This document shows, piece by piece, positions 59,689 to 64,000 of a stretch of DNA of 64,000 nucleotides. The position numbers and the translations under genes were made by a program. Positions within the stretch are counted from its first letter, which is position 1; each line of letters opens with the position of its first letter. The stretch is from Armatimonadota bacterium. GTDB lineage: Bacteria > Armatimonadota > Fimbriimonadia > Fimbriimonadales > GBS-DC. Below the pieces are notes generated by a model that saw nothing but the letters and a program-made list of their open reading frames with translations, was not told the DNA's origin and searched no databases. Location of the stretch: the NCBI GenBank assembly GCA_037444405.1, contig JBBIML010000010.1, positions 1 through 64,000 on the forward strand. The letters run 5' to 3'.

Positions 59689-59747
59689 CACCCATATTAT
59701 AGCGCGTGGAAGCGGTTCGTGTATAATAGGAGCGTGGAGGCACAGCG

Positions 59748-61250
59748 ATGAGACGGACAGGTCTGGTGTGTCTGGGGGCATTGTTGATCGGGCTGGGCGT
59801 CTGGGCGCAGCAGCCAGCCACCGGCATAGAGAAGCCTATCACAGCGATCGAAGTGCGCGGTGTGGAGGTCGGTTCCCGAGCTGCCATCGAAGCCCTTCTG
59901 CAGCCGCTTGTGGGCACACAACCCTCTGCCGAGCAATTGCAAGCCGCCTTTCGCGCGGTGGCGGACTGGTATCACCAGCGCGGCTATGTGCTGGCGCAGG
60001 TGGCAGGCTACGAACAGGACGCAACGGGTAAGCTGATTGTTGAAATCGCTGAGGGCAAGATCGAGGAGATTGTGGTGCAGGGCAATCGGCGCACGCAGAC
60101 GGGCGTGCTGCGCCGCCTGATCGGCATTAAGCCCGGCGAGGTTTATAACGAGGAGCGGGTTCTGCGCGTGCGTCAGCGACTGGGACGGTTCCCCTTCCTG
60201 CGCGATGCGCAGCTGGGACCCGAAGCGGGCAGTCAGCTGGGCACGGCGTGTCTGCTGCTCAAAGTGGAGGAGGAGCGCTCGCTCGACTTCGCGGTTGCAG
60301 CGGGCTACACCAGCGATGAGGGCTTCATCGGCTATGCCGAGCTGCAGGAATCGAACTTCGCGGGGCTGGGTCATCGGGTACGCCTGCAATGGCAGCGTGA
60401 GCAGGTGCGCGACCCGAACACAGGTGAACTCATCCCACAGCGCGCCTCCTACGCCTTCAGCTACGAAGCGCCCCGATCCCTGCCCGGCGCGTTCAATTTC
60501 GGGGTGGAGATTTATGACCGTGCGCCGTTCTATCCCGTGTTCTATTCGGATTTAAACAATCTGCGTCGGTACGAGCGGCGGCGCGGGTTCACCGCCTACA
60601 TCGGGCTGGACTGGCGCGAGCTGTTCGAACTGCGCGTGCGCTATCGCTCCGACCATGTGGACTACGACGACGCGCCTCCCGGCTGGCTGTCGCCGGTGGA
60701 GCAGAGTGTCAATCGCGGGCGCATCGACGCGCTGGGCTTTCAGGTGCTGTATGACACGCGCGATGGTCGCCCCTTCACCCGCAGCGGGTTATACGCGACG
60801 GTGCTGGCGGAGCGCACGCTCAACCGCAGCGATTTCCAGTTCTCGCGTGTCGTCGGTGAGGCGAGCTACTATGTGCCGCTGGGAGGTGCGGGGCGCGTGC
60901 TGGTGCTGCGCGGAATAGCGGGTGTTGCGTCCGACCCGCTGCCGCTCAGTGAGAAGTTCTGGCTCGGCGGGTTCGAACTCCTGCGGGGCTATGACCAGGA
61001 CGAGTTCCGCGGCGACCAGATGCTGCTGGGCAGCGCGGAGTATCGCTTCCCCGTGATGGAATCGATTCAGGGCGCCATCTTTGTGGATGTGGGCGCCGCA
61101 TGGGATAAGGGTCAGACCCTGCAGCCGCGCGATGTGCGCAGCGGCATCGGCGCCGGGCTGCGGTTCGCCTCGCCGATTGGCATCATCCGCTTCGATCTGG
61201 CTTACGGCAAGCGCACCTTCGCCTATTTGAGCCTGTCGGCAGGCTATTAG
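59748..61250 (+). CDS. Omp85 (BamA/TamA) family outer-membrane protein with about 2 POTRA domains
   Basis: Signal peptide, Y..RGYVLA, I.VQGNRRT, N.AGLG, LGG..LRGY, EYRFP, FVDVG, G.GLRFASPIG.IRFDLAYG. Confidence 0.92.
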   Translation: MRRTGLVCLGALLIGLGVWAQQPATGIEKPITAIEVRGVEVGSRAAIEALLQPLVGTQPSAEQLQAAFRAVADWYHQRGYVLAQVAGYEQDATGKLIVEIAEGKIEEIVVQGNRRTQTGVLRRLIGIKPGEVYNEERVLRVRQRLGRFPFLRDAQLGPEAGSQLGTACLLLKVEEERSLDFAVAAGYTSDEGFIGYAELQESNFAGLGHRVRLQWQREQVRDPNTGELIPQRASYAFSYEAPRSLPGAFNFGVEIYDRAPFYPVFYSDLNNLRRYERRRGFTAYIGLDWRELFELRVRYRSDHVDYDDAPPGWLSPVEQSVNRGRIDALGFQVLYDTRDGRPFTRSGLYATVLAERTLNRSDFQFSRVVGEASYYVPLGGAGRVLVLRGIAGVASDPLPLSEKFWLGGFELLRGYDQDEFRGDQMLLGSAEYRFPVMESIQGAIFVDVGAAWDKGQTLQPRDVRSGIGAGLRFASPIGIIRFDLAYGKRTFAYLSLSAGY

Positions 61251-64000
61251 CCTTTGACCACGCCGATGGGGCGTAGGCGGGCGACTTTGCGTGCGATACC
61301 CGCGTGATGCACCACCTCCACCACATCGGCGACATCTTTGTAGGCGTAGGAGGCTTCCTCGCCAAGTGTGGCTTTGTTTTGTGCCCGCACGATGATGCCC
61401 TGCTCGGCTAACTCGCGGGCGATATCGCGCTTTTTCGCCTCGCGGAGCGCGCCCTTGCGACTCATCACGCGCCCCGCCCCATGACAGGTGGTGCCGAAGC
61501 TCATCTCCATCGCGCCCTGCGTGCCCACCAGCACATAGGAGTAGCGCCCCATATCGCCCGGTATCAGCACGGGCTGACCCACTTCGCGATAGGCGGGCGG
61601 CGTCTCCGGATGACCCGGCGGGAAGGCGCGGGTCGCACCCTTCCGATGCACGCACACCCGCACCGGCTTGCCCTCCCAGATGTGGTCTTCGATTTTGGCG
61701 ATATTGTGCGCCACATCGTACACCTGATAGATGCCCAGGCTCTCCGGCGTGGAGCCGAACACCTTCGCGAACGCCTGACGCACCCAGTGCGCAATCGCCT
61801 GACGGTTGGCAAAGGCGAAGTTCGCCGCGCAGTGCATCGCCCGCAGGTAGGTCTGACCCTCCTCTGATTGGATCGGTGCGCACGCCAGCTGGCGGTCAGG
61901 CAGGGAGATGCCGTACTTGCGGTGCGCCTGCTCCATAATGTCGAGATGGTCCTGGCAGGTCTGATGCCCGAAGCCGCGCGAGCCGGTGTGAATCATCACG
62001 GTGATCTGCCCCTTTTGCGTGATGCCGAGCGCTTCGGCGGCTTTGGGGTCGTAAATCTCGTCCACCACCTGAATCTCCAGGAAGTGGTTGCCGCCGCCGA
62101 GCGTGCCGAGCTGGTCTTTGCCGCGCTCGATGGCTTTCTCGGTAATCACATCGGGGTCGGGCATATCGAGTCGCCCTGTTGCTTCCGTGTGCTGGAGGTC
62201 GTCCTCCCAGCCATAGCCGTGTTCGACCATCCAGTGGGCGCCTTTGAGCATCACCTGCCGCAGCTCCTGACGGTTCACTTTAATCAGCCCTTCGCCGCCG
62301 AAGCCCGCGGGCACATCCCGAAAGATTTGATCCACCAGCTCCTTCAGGCGCGGACGCACTTTCTGCTCGGTCAGATCGGTGCGCAACAGACGCACACCAC
62401 AGTTGGACACCACGAACCCGTTCGCGATGAAGTTGTGCCCGGAATGCTGGACGCTGAGGTCATACACAAACGGCTCGCTGTAGTCGATGGCTTCGATGCT
62501 CTGGATCGAATCCCAGACCAGCCCATCCTCACCGACCAGCATGTCGCGGGCGAACTCGGCAAAAGAGGGGAAATCTTTTCGGGATAAAATCTGTTGTTTA
62601 AGGCGCAGATAGACAACCGCCGCGTTTGCCAATCGCTGGCGCTCGCGCTGATACTCGTAGCCAATCTGGCTCCAGAGGCGGATCAGGTTTGTATCGTTGC
62701 CCACAATCTGCAATCGGCAGCGGATGGAGCGCTGACCGTTGCGCCCGATGGAGCTCACTTCGGGCGTGTTGTCCAGCAGGCGCGACTGAACACCAAACCG
62801 CTGGAGCATCTGCTGAATATCCTTGAGGAACGCCCACCCCGATTCGGCAAGCGGTTCGCGCTTGTTGAGGCACAGCAGAGGCGCCTGGAAAGTCGCAGGA
62901 TGATGCGGGAGCGTGCTGGGCGCGCCCAGCTCCGCGCCAAACAGGGCGGACAGATAGAGCCGCTGAATCCATAGCGGCTGGCGCATCAACCATTCGGACA
63001 CACGATACGCCTGATTCGCCTTGTTGCCCAGCGGTGAACCCAGACAGGCAAGCAACGCCACGAACGCACTGCTGGACACGCTGAAGGAGCTTTCCTGGGC
63101 TTCGAACTCATAGGCGCGATAGCAGGTCTGAACCCGATGCTGGCGGGTTCGCGTGCGGACCGGTGACGGGGTGAAGCCGACGCGCTGAATATCGGCACGA
63201 ATCTGCTCCAGATCGGCAGGCTTGCCATAGAAGACAGCAACACCTTTACCCCGACCGCCCACATAGCGCATCGTGCCATCGCCCATCAGGTAGCCCAGAA
63301 TTTTGACGAGAGGGGGCAGCGACGGAGAATCGGCTCGCAAAGGCAACAGGTTCAGCCGCTGGAGCTGGCACAGAATCTGGCGGCAGGCATTCTCGGATTT
63401 CCCCTGCCGCTGGAGATGGGCGCGAACGGTCTGAGCGTCCAGAATAATCTCGTCCGACGGCGGCTCATAGCGCACGCCTTCAAACGGATAGAGCGCAACG
63501 CGCTCACCAGCCTGCAAATCGCGCAGGCGCTTCATGCCGTTCGGTGTCCAGAAGGGATGTTCCGCTGTAGCGATAACTTCGAAGCCTGAAGCCGTGCGCA
63601 GTCGATAGACGCGATTGCGCGGGCGAACACGCATCACGGCTCCCACCTGCGCCGCCGTGCGCGCGCCACGCGAGAGGTCAAAACAGGTGACCGCTCGATT
63701 CAACCACTGTTCGCCCAGACCGCCAATCGTATGCCAGCAGCCATGCTCGGTCAGCACCCGGGTGTCGGGATGAAGGCAGTTGATATCATAACCTATTCCC
63801 CCCGGTGAGATCACGCCTTCTTCGATGTCCATCGCGGCGACGCCGCCCACCGGGAAGCCGTAGCCCCAGTGGATGTCGGGCATCGCAATCGAGTAGCCCA
63901 CGATGCCAGGCAGAAACGCCACATTCGCCACCTGCTCGGGCGCCTGATCCTGCCGAATCTGCTCAATCAGCTCCTTGCTGGCGAAGATCAGCCCGTCGAC
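61247..64000 (-). CDS. rtcB: RNA ligase RtcB (archaeal-type), intein-containing; 5' end lies beyond the window
   Basis: MPDIHWGYGFPVG, GYDIN|CGVR, GTLGGGNHFLE, HTGSRG, HNIAK, HRKGAT, HGAGR, AYKD. Confidence 0.96.
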   Translation of the reverse strand, partial: VDGLIFASKELIEQIRQDQAPEQVANVAFLPGIVGYSIAMPDIHWGYGFPVGGVAAMDIEEGVISPGGIGYDINCLHPDTRVLTEHGCWHTIGGLGEQWLNRAVTCFDLSRGARTAAQVGAVMRVRPRNRVYRLRTASGFEVIATAEHPFWTPNGMKRLRDLQAGERVALYPFEGVRYEPPSDEIILDAQTVRAHLQRQGKSENACRQILCQLQRLNLLPLRADSPSLPPLVKILGYLMGDGTMRYVGGRGKGVAVFYGKPADLEQIRADIQRVGFTPSPVRTRTRQHRVQTCYRAYEFEAQESSFSVSSSAFVALLACLGSPLGNKANQAYRVSEWLMRQPLWIQRLYLSALFGAELGAPSTLPHHPATFQAPLLCLNKREPLAESGWAFLKDIQQMLQRFGVQSRLLDNTPEVSSIGRNGQRSIRCRLQIVGNDTNLIRLWSQIGYEYQRERQRLANAAVVYLRLKQQILSRKDFPSFAEFARDMLVGEDGLVWDSIQSIEAIDYSEPFVYDLSVQHSGHNFIANGFVVSNCGVRLLRTDLTEQKVRPRLKELVDQIFRDVPAGFGGEGLIKVNRQELRQVMLKGAHWMVEHGYGWEDDLQHTEATGRLDMPDPDVITEKAIERGKDQLGTLGGGNHFLEIQVVDEIYDPKAAEALGITQKGQITVMIHTGSRGFGHQTCQDHLDIMEQAHRKYGISLPDRQLACAPIQSEEGQTYLRAMHCAANFAFANRQAIAHWVRQAFAKVFGSTPESLGIYQVYDVAHNIAKIEDHIWEGKPVRVCVHRKGATRAFPPGHPETPPAYREVGQPVLIPGDMGRYSYVLVGTQGAMEMSFGTTCHGAGRVMSRKGALREAKKRDIARELAEQGIIVRAQNKATLGEEASYAYKDVADVVEVVHHAGIARKVARLRPIGVVKG
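62402..63778 (-). mobile_element. 459-aa intein with LAGLIDADG homing endonuclease in rtcB
   Basis: Starts CLHPDTRV, block B TAEHPF, LAGLIDADG-like ILGYLMGDG and YLSALFGAE, block F VYDLSV, ends HNFIANGFVVSN followed by +1 Cys. Confidence 0.95.

Overview
A GC-rich bacterial chromosomal segment made mostly of core genes. It includes trpB, ogg, hmgA/hppD, tricorn protease, ruvB, recO, gatB, mltG, a flgA-flgH-flgI-flgJ-flgN-flgK-flgL-fliW-csrA flagellar operon, rsmG, pckA, dnaN, mutS, yebC, cmk, folC, an Omp85/BamA-family gene and an archaeal-type rtcB carrying a LAGLIDADG intein. The envelope toolkit (SLH-beta-barrel major outer-membrane protein, PEP-CTERM protein, C-terminal dockerin-like secreted protein) suggests a diderm, possibly Armatimonadota; this is inference. 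No prophage, IS element, rRNA or tRNA was recognised. The most unusual items are: (1) a pentaheme cytochrome c/Fn3 gene followed 14 nt later by a copper-amine-oxidase-like gene with a rewired cofactor site (WYR for NYD, RLH for HxH); (2) a solitary intact CRISPR-type repeat with a leader-like flank and no cas genes, whose adjacent 'spacer' partially matches two host loci in this window; (3) a degenerate copy of that repeat in front of an AT-rich orphan HTH-nuclease gene; (4) a REP palindrome inserted in frame inside folC; (5) a structured RNA resembling the tmRNA tRNA-like domain, overlapping a Pro-containing small ORF upstream of yebC; (6) many genes with a -10 box only 7-11 nt before the start codon. 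All calls are by eye from motifs; no database searches were run.
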